A stretch of 64,000 nucleotides of DNA, from positions 5,332,001 through 5,396,000 of the forward strand of contig JBHGNT010000015.1 of the NCBI GenBank assembly GCA_043228905.1, in the 5' to 3' direction. The position numbers were made by a program, and so were the translations under genes. This DNA is from Azolla caroliniana. Lineage: Eukaryota > Plantae > Polypodiophyta. Position 1 is the first letter of the stretch. The number at the start of each line of letters is the position of its first letter. Shown here piece by piece: positions 51,666 to 64,000 of this stretch. The notes beneath the pieces are model-generated. The model was not told the origin of the DNA, searched no databases, and saw only the letters and a program-made list of their open reading frames with translations.

Positions 51666-52826
51666 CTATACAAGTGTTATTTCATTTTCAAGGATGGTAT
51701 CAAGGATGAGGGCTAGCTTTCCTTCTAGTTTCTCATTCTTGCGAGGTTCGTATGTAACAGCAAAGACATCCGATGCCTTTGCACGTTCGGCAAGGAGCTT
51801 CCCAACAACTCTGCATGCATTCGAATCGTTCAAGATCGGCAAAGAATCTCGAAGATCCTTGGAATTGGTGGAGACAACAGAGACGACTTTCGATGTCACG
51901 CGGTGCATAACTTTAGCAGAGATATATCTCCTAGAGACGTTGATATCCAACATGAATGGCCGCATATATTTGTCCACCCTCTGTCCCCATGATTTCTTTG
52001 TCTTCTTGGGCTGGTTGCTTGATCGTCTCGTCCAGGCAGCTTGGATTCTTGTCTCAATTCGCTGTTACGCATCAGATTCCTTGAAGAAGATTAGGGTTAT
52101 TGAAATGGAGGAGTTTTAGGTTTACATTCGAAATAAAACACACCCCGAATAAAAACTAGGGCTAAAGAAAGAGAAGAAATGGAAATGTTTAGGGTTAAAA
52201 GCAAAGGAAAATGTGCCTTTAGTTAGAGATAGTATATTACTTGATATTTTAGGGGTTTAATACTGCTGGGGAAGCACAAGTCAATACCACTCTTCCACAT
52301 GAAAGCTAACAAATTTTTCCCAACAAATACACAGGGAAGCATGGAAATAAATTTGGGGACTGTAGCAGGAGCCAGTGATAGGTTTTTAAATACAGGACTG
52401 TGAAAATGAGGGTTAGGCACAGCAATAAAATTGGAAATCTAGTGTTAAAAAGGATGGAAAAGGCCAAAATTGTTGGGGGTTAGACAACCAAAAGACCTCG
52501 AAAACTTAGGGTTTAAAGGAGAGAGAGAGAGAGAGAGAGGGAATTACCTGATGATGCGAACGCAGAGGATGGATATGGAAGATGGAGGACGGGGAGGAGA
52601 GGCTGTGAGGGAGCGGAGGAGGAGCGGCGGTGGTGATGGTGAGGCCACGGGAAGAACTGAACCTTGGCTTACAACACGCAGTAGAATCTCTGCTGCCCAG
52701 GGAGGAGGCGATGGAAGCTCGATTCCGGTGCCTCTTCATCTGCAGGCAACCTGTCGAAGAAGAAGAAGAAGAGAGTGGGAGCAGGGGAAGTGAAGCAGCC
52801 GCCATAGCCTGAGAAAAGGCCATCAT
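51666..52826 (-). CDS. Organelle-targeted uL18-like (L18p/L5e family) protein, similar to Arabidopsis uL18-L8; exons 52826-52548 and 52061-51666
   Basis: Ser/Ala-rich transit peptide; phase-0 intron HHQ|RIETR; AAWTRRS..KKSWGQRVDKYMRPFMLDI..SAKVMHRVTSKVVSV..YEPRKNEKLEGKL. Confidence 0.85.
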
Positions 52827-53049
52827 CCTTCACACCTAAAAATGTATATAATATCTTCACACAAAGTTCTTATGAGCTTTTTAATCCTCTTCTTCATATT
52901 TTTCTTCTTCTTCTTCATATTTCTCTTCTTCTTCATACTTGTGGGAACTCCTAGGGGCACACATTTTTCCCCTGTAGGCCTCACTTTGACATCTTCTCCT
53001 ACCCGACCCGCTCGAAAACACGAGCTTCGGACACGCGGGCCTCAGTACG

Positions 53050-53401
53050 CCCCTATGTATGCCCGCTCCGCTGCCCATTCTCCAATGGTTGGTTTCCAAG
53101 CCACGACCCGCCCAACAGGATTGTCATTTGTTTGCTTGCTGCCATTTGATCTGGGTCCTGCTCGTTTGCACTGACATCCGCCCTACATGTTGTGCATATA
53201 TATCCTTCAAAGTAGCTCCATTGTCGTAAACCAGCTCGGAGGATTTTTCTAGAAGCAACATCCGGGTTTAAATGTCGTTCTCTACCATTGTGTGTGTTCA
53301 ATCACGACGATTATGTCCTGATCAAGCCCACATCTCTAGAGGATGCCATCTGCTCCTCTCATATGTTAGTTCCATCACATTACTATAAAAGGTTCACATT
53401 G

Positions 53402-53469
<68 letters not shown>

Positions 53470-54950
53470 ATGCAAGTGCGCATGTGTTCATTCTTTACTT
53501 AATGGAGGAATGTGAGTCCTTCTGTGAAGGCTCAAACCAACATTTGCCCGTTCTGGAACAACATCTATTGCGAACAATGCAGAATTAGGGGCTTCATTGT
53601 CTATTCCCATGGGTTCTTCCCCAGAGTTCAACAATGAGAAATGGTTAGCTAGGGCATTGTCTTTCTCTTTCTATATTATATGATTACTGAAAGTCAAACT
53701 CAAGTAAAGCTACAATCCATCTAGACATTTGCAAGATTGAACAGACCTTGTGTACAAACGGGCTCCATGATCAACATAGAAGTGAAATAAGACACTAGAA
53801 AGTATGCCTAAATTTCTTAACTATGAAGACTATTGTTAGGGCTTTCTTTGTTCTAGTGTAATTCATTCTACCAAGTTGAGTTGGTGACTACAAACATGAT
53901 GGGGAAATCCATTTTTTTTCATTTCCAGATGCAAAAAGTAAACATGTATGAAGAAGAACCCACTATAGTGACCTAATAATGGAAACTCTAGCAAAGCCAC
54001 CAAATTGATGTGTATGTGTGCCTATCTAATCTCAATCTGGCAACTTCAGAATGTGAGCCTGACAACAAACTTAGAATGGGAGCTCTAGCAAGACATTGCT
54101 TGAATGATTCAAAGTAATATTATGTTCCTCAATCCATTTGAACCCCTTAAGGAGTCCTTTTGGTTACCAAGATTTTTCTACAAACATTTCAATGAGCTAA
54201 CGAGTCAACGACTTTAGTCCATGTAGCTCATGAACCCTTAAAGTTGATTTCCAAATTTGGGGGGCTGACATGCGTAGTATTGACTTTACTTTAGCCACAC
54301 CGATTGATAAACCGTCCTTGGACACTGAGTATCCAAGTATAGGGCATTGTTTAAACCAATTTTGGCATTTCATAGGATTCAACTAAAATCGATACTATTT
54401 GGCTTCTTTCAAACATATTCCTTAACAAAGTTGATTTGAGTTAGAGTCAGGAAAATATACCTTGAGGGTGATGATGAGTTGGTTGTACCCGGAGAATCCA
54501 TCCATGAAACAACAAATTACTTTCCTTGAAACTCTTTCCAAAATATGTTAGATATATGGCTCTACATAACTAGACATTGTCTTCATCAACATTACAAATA
54601 TTAATGCATATAAAATCAGTCCTTCTTCTTTTGGTTTTAGACATTATAGTGATGCAAACTAGTTTGCGATTTTCATTGTAATTTGTCACCTAGGCTAATC
54701 TCTTTATCTTGTGCAAAACCATTGAAAGGTGCTTCACTCACATCAAAGACTACTCCATCTTGGATCAGCCCATTGTTGAGATCTTTTGAAGGCCAAAAAT
54801 TTAATCTTGTCTAAGGTTTAGAATGTTTCAATGCATTAATGACAAGATTCACTAGCACCTTAGGCATTTCCACTATTAAAGACTATTGTTCTCAAAGATG
54901 ACACATTTTGAGCAATCTCATATGCTTTCTAACATCTTAAAAGACATTAA
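53050..54950 (-). mobile_element. Highly decayed Gypsy pol remnant
   Basis: Minus-strand CFMDGFSGYNQ (~54480-54512), LNPMKC..ILGYSVSKDG..AKVKSIL (RT) and an integrase Zn-finger-like RKILRAG..W (53050-53300). Confidence 0.65.
53405..53467. repeat. (GT)n microsatellite
   Basis: About 30 perfect GT units. Confidence 0.95.
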
Positions 54951-55603
54951 CGTGTCTTTCTTCTATTACTTCTGCATAAAAACGAGATTTTCATGAAAAT
55001 GTTGTATACTCCATATAAAGGCAAACCACTTCGAATGACCTTGTCTGATTACATCAAATACATTTGTCAAGGCTTACTATTGAACGCTTGATTTGATACA
55101 TTTCTGCTAAGTAAATGGGACTTTCTTGCGTGCTCTGACACACAATGCAATCTTCTATGTGGTGGTTCAGATCCATGGACCATAACATACATCGTCATGC
55201 TACTGTATCTCAGATTATCTCATCTTATTTGCTCTATTAACTCAACTTTGGTGTAAATACAACATGCCTTTTTCCTTGCTTTGATTTGCTTGTATTATTC
55301 CACAGCAATCAACTTGTTACATTGGTTTCAATAATGCCCTGAATCCTTACACATATATACAATCCACTCAGTAAAATGCCTTCAAGGTTTGCTATTAACA
55401 AAGTACATCTGTTGCACAGCAAAAATTCACATGATGACATGAAAGTGACGAGATACAAAGAATCGGAGCATACTAACGAGAATCTGAATGAAATAAAAAT
55501 AAAAAATGCTCCCTAACAAAATCAAAATTTTAGTTCTACGTCAGAAATGGAATTCATCATCATTATTCTCAAAATCTTTTAAAGGCCTACTATTACATCA
55601 GCA

Positions 55604-58600
55604 CTATTTGACCTCTCTCCCAGGTGGGAAAACGAATATTTGGATGCTTGACAAAGGCTGCTGGAAACCTGCATTATAATGTGTTGCAGTGAGGTTAAAT
55701 TGAGGAAGCTGCTGCATCCCAGAAGTTATAGAGATAAGTCGGTAGGAAATAACATCCTTTGCATATGGGAGAATATGTACAGTGTCACTGTGAGCTCCTG
55801 AGAGTATAAAGGCTGGAGAGTCTAACACTGAAAAACTCACTTCTTGGACTAGTGCCGTGCGATTCTCAATGCATAAAGACACATCAAATGGTACACCAAC
55901 AGTAGCAGCAGGAGGGCAGTTGAACGTGGTTAATAATGAAGGTTGCTCCACAAGAACTTCAGGTAAGGAAACCGTCTTCATAACGATTGTTTTCAGCTCC
56001 TTTGAGTCTTCTACCTCTGTATATAACCTTCTCCACTTCACATTCACAGTACCTATGGATAGAGATGGACTTGCTTCAAATGGCTGTATGTGGAACAGGC
56101 TTGCCATGGATTCTCCAGGAGAAATGACCAGATTCTTCTGATGGTGGTCTTGTCCTTCCATACAAGTCGAATCATCATTTTTATGAAGATTCCTTGTAAA
56201 CGAGTGAACAATTCCTGCACTGGAAGTATTTGCAGGTCTAATGGAACAAACCTTGCCATTAGCCTCATCTACGGTTATGCCTATCAATTCCAGCTTCACA
56301 GCACTAGAGTTTTTTAAGGTGACCATGAGAGTACTAGTCTCATTTGCAGCAATGCAGGCTTTCCCGGATGGTTTTCCACATGTCTGTTTCAATCCTCGAA
56401 GCAAAGCATCTCTTCGAAATGGAGGCATAAACTGATGTGAAAGTGTAAATGGTTCCTCACATTGCAAAGGTAAAGTTCTTCGTACAAAAAATTGAGGGGC
56501 TGTCATTGGATGATCAATAGGTGCCACTACTGTTTCCGACTGATAGCTGAATGACACATACAAATTCACTGATTTGGCCTCTTTCCACCTCATGTATATT
56601 TTTGTTGAAAAGCTACTCTCCGATGAGATGGCAGGTATCATTAATACACCTGCCAACATTTTTAATCCGTCATCCTCCCTTTTCAAAGGCACCATCCCAG
56701 TAGTGAAAAGCTCCACAAATGATATCTCAACTGGAGAAGGGGTCCGTGGTGAGCTAATAATGGGCAATGGAGAAGACTCTACAATGCTGAATTTCAGCTC
56801 CCCTGCATATATAGCATGTCCTTTGGACTTAACATGGAGATCAACGGGATACAACTCGCCCATGAGGGCTGGGCCAACCATTGGTTCCAATGTCAATTCA
56901 ACTAAAGGATCAGGCTCCTCGACTTGGATTATTTTCTGTCCAAAATATGCAAGGGAGCCATCTTTCATGGGAAACATCTCCAATTGAGATTCAAATTTCC
57001 AGAATAAAACATCGACACGGGATGCAGGACTTTCAACTTGACAAAATATAGTGGCAAACCTCCCCAGATGGGCAGTGACAGTCAAACATTCCAGCTTGCC
57101 ACTTTCACCTGCAAATATTTAATGGAAGCATTAGAGTGTTGATGTAGCTGAAAATAGTTTTAGCTAACGAAAGTGTGAGAGAGTTCCAGGCTTGGTTCAA
57201 CTCCCCTTCATCTCTGAATCACCATTCAATTTTTCTAAATAAGACATTTACCAAGAATTCCCAAAGAGCCTAGTACACAAAAAGTGTACCTGGAATTATA
57301 TCAACGGTGAACCTCTTCCATTTATTTGGTTCAAGATGTAAATCATAGTCTTTCTTTGTTTGTGCATTCTCTTGTGTCAGATCATCCAAATTATCTACAT
57401 CCTTGTTACAGGTCAATACAAAATTGCATGATGATTGATTGAAATGTACCTCCAACTCTTTTAAATCAAGTACTACTGGTAAATGAGTCAGTAATGACAA
57501 TGTCAATGAGGTTACCGCCCCTGGTTTAATTGTTGTGTCATGGAAAGATGCACAAACTGCAAGCACAGCCCTAAGTGGGCTAGCAAGGTCTATGTTCAAG
57601 ACCACTGGAGTAGATTCCTTGACTTCTAGACCCATCTCTCCTTCTCTGGGAGGAAGAACCGATTGTGTTCCATGCAATAACTTAAGAAGATCAATAAAGA
57701 CTTCCTTTCTCTGTGCATGGGATAATGGACCAGCAGGACCAACTTCCCGAGTAAAACCAAGCTTCTTCTCCTGCTCAGTTTCATCATAGTCACCTGTGGT
57801 TGGCAAAGAAGCCATCTCTAGTGAATACTCAATGTACTCCTGTAGAAGCCCTAATTGTCTTGCACATTCCCTTAAAAAACCCAGAGTTGCCCAAAGTAAT
57901 GCCACCCAAGATTCTTGACGATACATCCCTGCAACAGTTTCAAATAGCTGCTTTGCGTTTTTGTATTCTCTTGCATGGAAGTATTCACGGCCCATCTCAG
58001 AAGCTATATAATATCCCATTCGGCTAGCTTGTATGCGTTTGTACTGCTCATATGCTCTTTTAAAGTGGGTAATGGCCGTTGCTGAGTGGGGGAATATCCG
58101 TTCTTGCCTAATGGCATGATACAAGTATTCTGAGTCAGTAGGACTGCAAAATAGAAAGCATGTTTGAGTCTCCAAACACCATTGAATATTGAGTGATTTA
58201 AATTGAAATTTGATTACCACAGTGCCTCAGTCATGTTCCCATGGCCACGGAGCCGAGATGATTGCCCAATATAAAGGGGTGGAATAAGTGCTTCAGGCGG
58301 ACCTTCGAGCACATCTTCCTGATCTTCATCTTGTTGCCCATCAAAAAAGCTGGAGCTTGACAGGAAAGCGGAACGCCTTTCAATTACGTAATGAGCGGCT
58401 ACCTGTGACCTTCACAAATACTACATTCAGGCTTGCAGCCAGCATATTGAAACTTTTCCAAAAGGATGCATACTTTTATACCCTTAGCAAGTAACAGAAC
58501 AAAACGCAACACCTGGTAATAATATCCAGGTTGGAGTTCGTGTTCAGTAACTGGCAAGTCAAGTAAAGCAGATGACGTTGGTTTTATTTGGATAGGAGAT

Positions 58601-61600
58601 GTTGGACTATTCTGTAAAAGATCACCAAAAACAAGAAACTGCTTCTCAATCCATGACCAATGCAAAAAAATGCTCTCTGATGGTCCAACTAGGAGCTTGT
58701 AAAAATCGATGTGCTGCCTAAACCACTTCACAGCCTCTGTTACTTTCCCACCATGTAAAAGTAAGGTCGAAATTTTAAAATGCAAGAGCTCTGCAACAGA
58801 CTTTAATTCAACAAGCCGTTGTATGGATTGCAACTCTGATGGCACTGACACAACCTGAAAGTGATGAAAGTTCATCAAAATGACTAAATTAACTCATTGT
58901 TATCTCTCTCAGGTCCATGGAATTCTGGGATTCATTGTTTTTTCCTTGCAGGGAAAAAGATATATAGCAAACTATTAAGGTTAACCTTTGAAATCTTAAA
59001 TAGGCTGATAAACAACATTGAAGTATATTAAGGTTATATTATGCTTCTCTAGAATTTCCATTGAAGTTGTCTCAAAAGTAAGGATTTGTCACTCTTAAAC
59101 TTGGCTATAGCTGAACAAATTTGTTTCAGAACTAGATGGGATTCCATTGTAAAGAACATTTAGTTCATAGTAATATTGATGATGAGTTGCGTCCAATGAT
59201 GCTCAGAGCTTGAAGAAGAATACTCAAACATTTAACATTACAAGGTAGTTGAAATCACCATTCTGCACACGATCATATCCAAGATGAGCAATGGTACACA
59301 AAACGTTACCTCTTGCAAAAGTGAATAAGCTGATTCATAGAACTTGAGTACTTCCACCCAATCTCTCCTGAATTCTGCATAAACTGCGACCTGAAAGACA
59401 ATATCTGCTTTTAGCAAATAATCACTATTCTCACACTGCCCCAGCAGGTAATAACAGGGTAACTCATCATGTTTGTAAATCCTTGAATTTATCAAGGAAT
59501 GTTTCTAGCGCTAGTTAGTTTCGCTTCATCCATTCTGTAATCCATGGTAATTATTTGGCAAATGCACAACAAAGGAAACAAATTCAAGATGCTCTCATAT
59601 ACATCTTCACTAAATTGCAACATAAGCTGAGAAAAAATCACATGCCTTGAAGTTGTATCGAACACCTAATTCGTTGAAGGTAAATGTCCTCTTCTCAAGA
59701 CGAGCTTTGATCCTGCGACCTTCTTCTTTGTAAAACACCATGACAAGCTCAGATAAGATGTTACCGAGTCTGCAATACATAGTTCAACAAAAAGAATATG
59801 AGGATTTCCCTGATGAGGCTTTACGGAAAAACTTTTCGAACTTAAATCAACCTTGCAAGGGATCGCTTTTGTTCTGTTTGGTCTTGATTGGTAAATGTGA
59901 TAAAATGTTTGCCATCAACATCAGCACGCTTTCTTAAAGTGATCAAACGATCCTCTGATAAGTCCCCTGTATAATCAGTATTCATAAGACACAAACTAGG
60001 ACGTGTTCATTAATGACTCAAGGTGTAGCTCTACCTAAAACAAAAATAGACCAATTCTTGGACTAGGGGAGTCACCCCTGTTGATGTGGGTGGAGTAATA
60101 ATAAAATAACAATACTAATAAGAAGTCAACAAACCCCTCATCAATTTATCAATACAACGATTTCTTCCCAAAACCCACATTTAAAGATAAATTCTTAGCA
60201 CAGCTACTGACAAATATTACTTCTACACATTTTACGTGCACAGGAACACATGTAACACGCCCAATTCATTAATTCAGCCACATAAAATCAAGTCTTTATA
60301 TGCAAAAAGTTAGAATTCAAATGTACAGACCCAGAAATTCTGAAATTCTTTATGTAGTTAACGCAATTTTTTAATAACAAAATGGGATGTGTCTAACCAT
60401 TGTTCCCATTTTTATAGATTAGAGGTAATGAAAAAATGAAGCTCACCACTCAGAAAAGTTGGTTGAACAATAGCAACAATTAGTTTTGTGTTCCGTCCAC
60501 GTATTACATTCCTAACATATCAAACAGAGAAAATTAGTTATTGATATAAAAATGTGAGAGGTTAATAAAAATCTATATACATCTAAGCTTGTATGAAAAT
60601 CATTATGCAGTAAGAAATGAAACAACAGTGTCTATAAGCCATGTTATTTTTGAAATGATGTCTCTAATAAAATATTAGAGTACATAGGACAGAAGAATCA
60701 AGATAGTCAGAGCAATATTATATCATTTGAGATAAGAAAACACACGTCAAAGACCAACGTACTAATCTGATAAACTATACCTCCTCATATCATAGTAATG
60801 TATCTCAATATGCTTAGCAGGCAGATAAAATGAAAAGGGTGTAATTATCACCTAGGAATATCAACATATGCATCAGCTGTTGGAATGCAAAAGACAGATT
60901 CCTCATCTAGGAGGAAACAAAATTAGAATAAATGAGAATCATGCGATAGTACTTATGTATCACACCTACCCATGCGGCCAAACCACACACTGTCATGACA
61001 TTTTTTCAGATGATAACACATCATGCATACTAAATGTGCCCAAACAGCCAGTACCTGTGTTTAAAATAGGAGAGTCAACTTTATTGAATTTGCATTGATC
61101 AAGCATTGTACAAGATGATGTAATGCATTTCAGGGATGAGAAAATGCAAAAAAAACTGAAGAGCCATTCCCTGTCATAATCTCAAACAAGAGAACAGGAT
61201 AGGGAATGCAAAACCAAATGGGTCAGGGATAGGAAGCTGAAATTTTATCATACTTTGTGGCCTAGTGCTGCATGAAAAGATAAGTCCAAGAGAACCAGTA
61301 GACTAAAAAATAGCTGTTGCATTGAAAGATTTGTCTACAAGACTGCCCCAGAAGTAACATCTTGCAACTAGGTCTTACGGCCTCTATTATAAACTTGGAC
61401 TGTAGCCCATTGGACCATCGACCACAGCCAAGTTAGAACCTACAAACTCCATGAGAGCAACATCTTTCAAAAAATAAAGACATTGGCCCATGACAAACAA
61501 AGACTCTCTGAGGACTGGAGACCCTGATTATTATAGACCACATTTGGAGTCTTCGGATCACAATTTCTCTGCCTTCCTATTGTGATATTAATAAGGCAGG

Positions 61601-63506
61601 ATCCCACCCCAATTACGCAGAAGTGTTGGAGGGTACCATACCAAGGTATGGCATCATTATCACCACTGTTGACACCATTTCCTGAATTGGTAGAGGATGG
61701 GTTGATCAGACAACTTAGATACATGCTGCATATCTGTAGAATATGAAGAAAATCATTGATAAGATGTGGGTATCATCCAACATTCTACGTGAGCTTGACA
61801 AGCTAGTGTTTATCAGGGAATGAATCAACCGGAGATACCTTGGATACTATAACGAAATTACATCACCATGTCGTGAAAGGTTATTAAAAAAGAGATACTA
61901 ATAATGATAATAATCGTGAAGTTCTTCAAAGAAGCCACACAACCCTTCATTTCAAGAAGACTGGTCCCATTGCCAAGATCACTAAAATGTCGCCAGGAGA
62001 CCATTAATATCTATGAAGTAAGAAATCTAGAGCAGATCAAGGAGACATCAAAGATATATGGAGGGTAACTTCAGATGGAAACTTCCCAATAGAATGCCTA
62101 GCTTTCTCTTGAGAGAGTTCCTTACCCCACCTCAGTTCTCCATGTTCTAGATACTATACAATCAATCTACACCTATTGGATTCCAATGGAAATCACGGTG
62201 GTACACATATAGGATGATTGTCAACTGCATAAGTAGAATGAGAATGATACAATTTAAGTCACTTTTATCTTTTTTATAATCGTCTGCACATTTACCAGAT
62301 TATGCATCAAATGCATACCATATCTTAAGTGAGATTCTAGTAGGAAACTCCATCTTATTTGTTGCATATATATGATGAGATGCAACGAAAACCAGTATTG
62401 CATTATCAACGGAATTCATCGACTAAATTTTGCTAGAAACTCTCTTTCAACAATGCATTGACAAGCTAAAATTTAGACTAGCTGATATATGAAGAAATAG
62501 ACGAAGAATAACTCCCTATTCTTGGATTTCTTCCAATTTTCGCATGCAAATCAACATAAAATATTTGGGACTTAATTTTCCCACGTACATAACACCAATG
62601 ATTACAAAACATAGCCAACGTTTCTACCGGCATGCTTTTTTGTCCGACTAATCGAATAATCATTTGTAATAAACTGGAAAAGGGATTTCAGCTAAATAAT
62701 TGAACAGTCCTAACCGTGTGCAAAACTTGTGATATCCAGAAAATCCAACATGGCATTTCAATAGTGATATTCTTGAGATGAACCCATTAAACAAAAAACT
62801 AGGGACACACAGTAAAACCAATCAATTTCTCTGTGAATCAATAGCCATAAGATGGCCTACCTTTGCTAATACAGCAGGGTTAATTGTAATGGTGTTTTAT
62901 TGAAGAAATAATCACTGTTTTTCGGATTTTCAGATGGAAAAACTATGAACAAGCATATACATTGTATAGCCTGAAGTCTTCGAATTCTAAAGTTTTTCGA
63001 TTCAAGACATAACAATTAATCAATCAGAAAATAGTCAGTTAATGTGATAAAGGTGATAACTTGGTGTTTTTATATTTTTTATTTGTAAGAATTATGCTAC
63101 TCAATGAGAAAATGATTTGATAATGACAACCAAATCAATATGCTTACTTAATAGTATCGAGATTGTTGCAGACTTGCAACCATTGAGAAGGATCTCCGTA
63201 GATTTCCTCCCGTGTGAGCAAAACAACAACCACAGCTGGCACTTTGGTTCGATGCTTCCGTAGCCAGTCGATCTTCAGAATACCGAATGGAGGAAGAAGA
63301 GGTGGCGGTGCCTTCATATCCACGGACTTCCTCTCTTTCCCACCAATAACGGAGGCTTTCGAGAAGTCAGGGAGAGCAAGAGTATTGATAGGAACGGGCT
63401 CCGCGTGCAAGTAAGAGGAGATAACAGAGTGAAGCTCTGTGACACCCACGAGGGCGACTAAAGGGAGAGGAGGTGTGCGGAGCTCCTGGGAGTAGAGCTC
63501 TTCCAT
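55604..63506 (-). CDS. TRAPPC11: Trafficking protein particle complex subunit 11 (Foie gras/Gryzun domains), 9 exons
   Basis: MEELYSQELRTPP..GILKIDWLRKHRTKVPAVV, VRYNFK|VAVYAEFRRDW, QRLVELKSVAELLHFKISTLLLHGGK, YRQESWVALLW, FILSGAH. Exons ~63506-63148, 60511-60447, 59966-59852, 59769-59646, 59390-59310, 58853-58513, 58402-58221, 58143-57289, 57107-55604. Confidence 0.93.
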
Positions 63507-64000
63507 GGCCTTCTCTTCCTGTGGTCCTTTCAGAGGAGTAGGCGGAACCCTAGATTGCAGGGGCTTGGGAACAGGGGAGATTGAGATCTCTCTGCTTTAA
63601 CACAGAGAGAGGGTTCCTTGAAGAAGAAGAAGAAGAAGAAGAAGAAGATCCATGGCTAATGAAAGTAAATATGCAGGCAGATCTATGACAGCAAAGTGCC
63701 AAGGACTGGCCATCTCTGGGATTGGGATTAACAATCGGTTTAAATGGTTTTATAGTTCGGTTCAGTTTTAAGTTTCAATTTATTTAAACGGTTTGAGTTT
63801 GACACTCTCGAACCCAATCGAATTGTTGCTCGATTGCTAATTGGGATGGTGAGGGATACATGCATACATAGATGGGTGGGTTTGGCCATTGGGATCGGCA
63901 ATAAGCATATCTGTGTTGCACCTCCCTTGTCCATCAGATATGTCCACCACTACGTGTTTCCTCTAGCTAATAACATCGCCCAAAACTTAAAGAGGGCATT

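Noticed and set aside
60512-63147. Nested gene in TRAPPC11 intron 1 (ORFs 60868-61098, 61467-61724)
   Set aside because: Short ORFs with no recognisable motif or splice structure.

Overview
Eukaryotic land-plant genomic DNA (GT-AG introns, microsatellites, organelle-targeted protein; the TE content suggests a seed-free plant such as a fern, which is an inference). Bases ~1-38,060 are nested transposons. The most interesting is an apparently intact 11.85-kb Sola2-type DNA transposon (3008-14861; 25-bp GGG...CCC TIRs, TGAT target duplication) inserted into the catalytic region of an older, decayed relative. It encodes an intact 2-exon, 862-aa DDD transposase. On the opposite strand it carries an intact 5-exon RING-H2 gene and an FCP1/NIF-type phosphatase ORF with a degenerate catalytic motif. 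Its non-coding parts are filled with tandem arrays: about 1.5 and 1.8 kb of the palindrome TAGCTAATTAGCTA in two introns, an 83-bp repeat and a telo-box array. Next is a broken MULE split by a tRNA-Trp-primed Gypsy element. That Gypsy element contains a Tnt1-like Copia element, a solo LTR and a young 3-kb non-coding LTR element with tRNA-Arg-complementary sites at both internal ends and no adjacent PPT. Bases ~38,500-64,000 hold host genes: a repeat-rich orphan ORF, an FEI-type LRR receptor kinase, an organellar uL18-like protein and TRAPPC11. All calls are by eye; no database search was possible.
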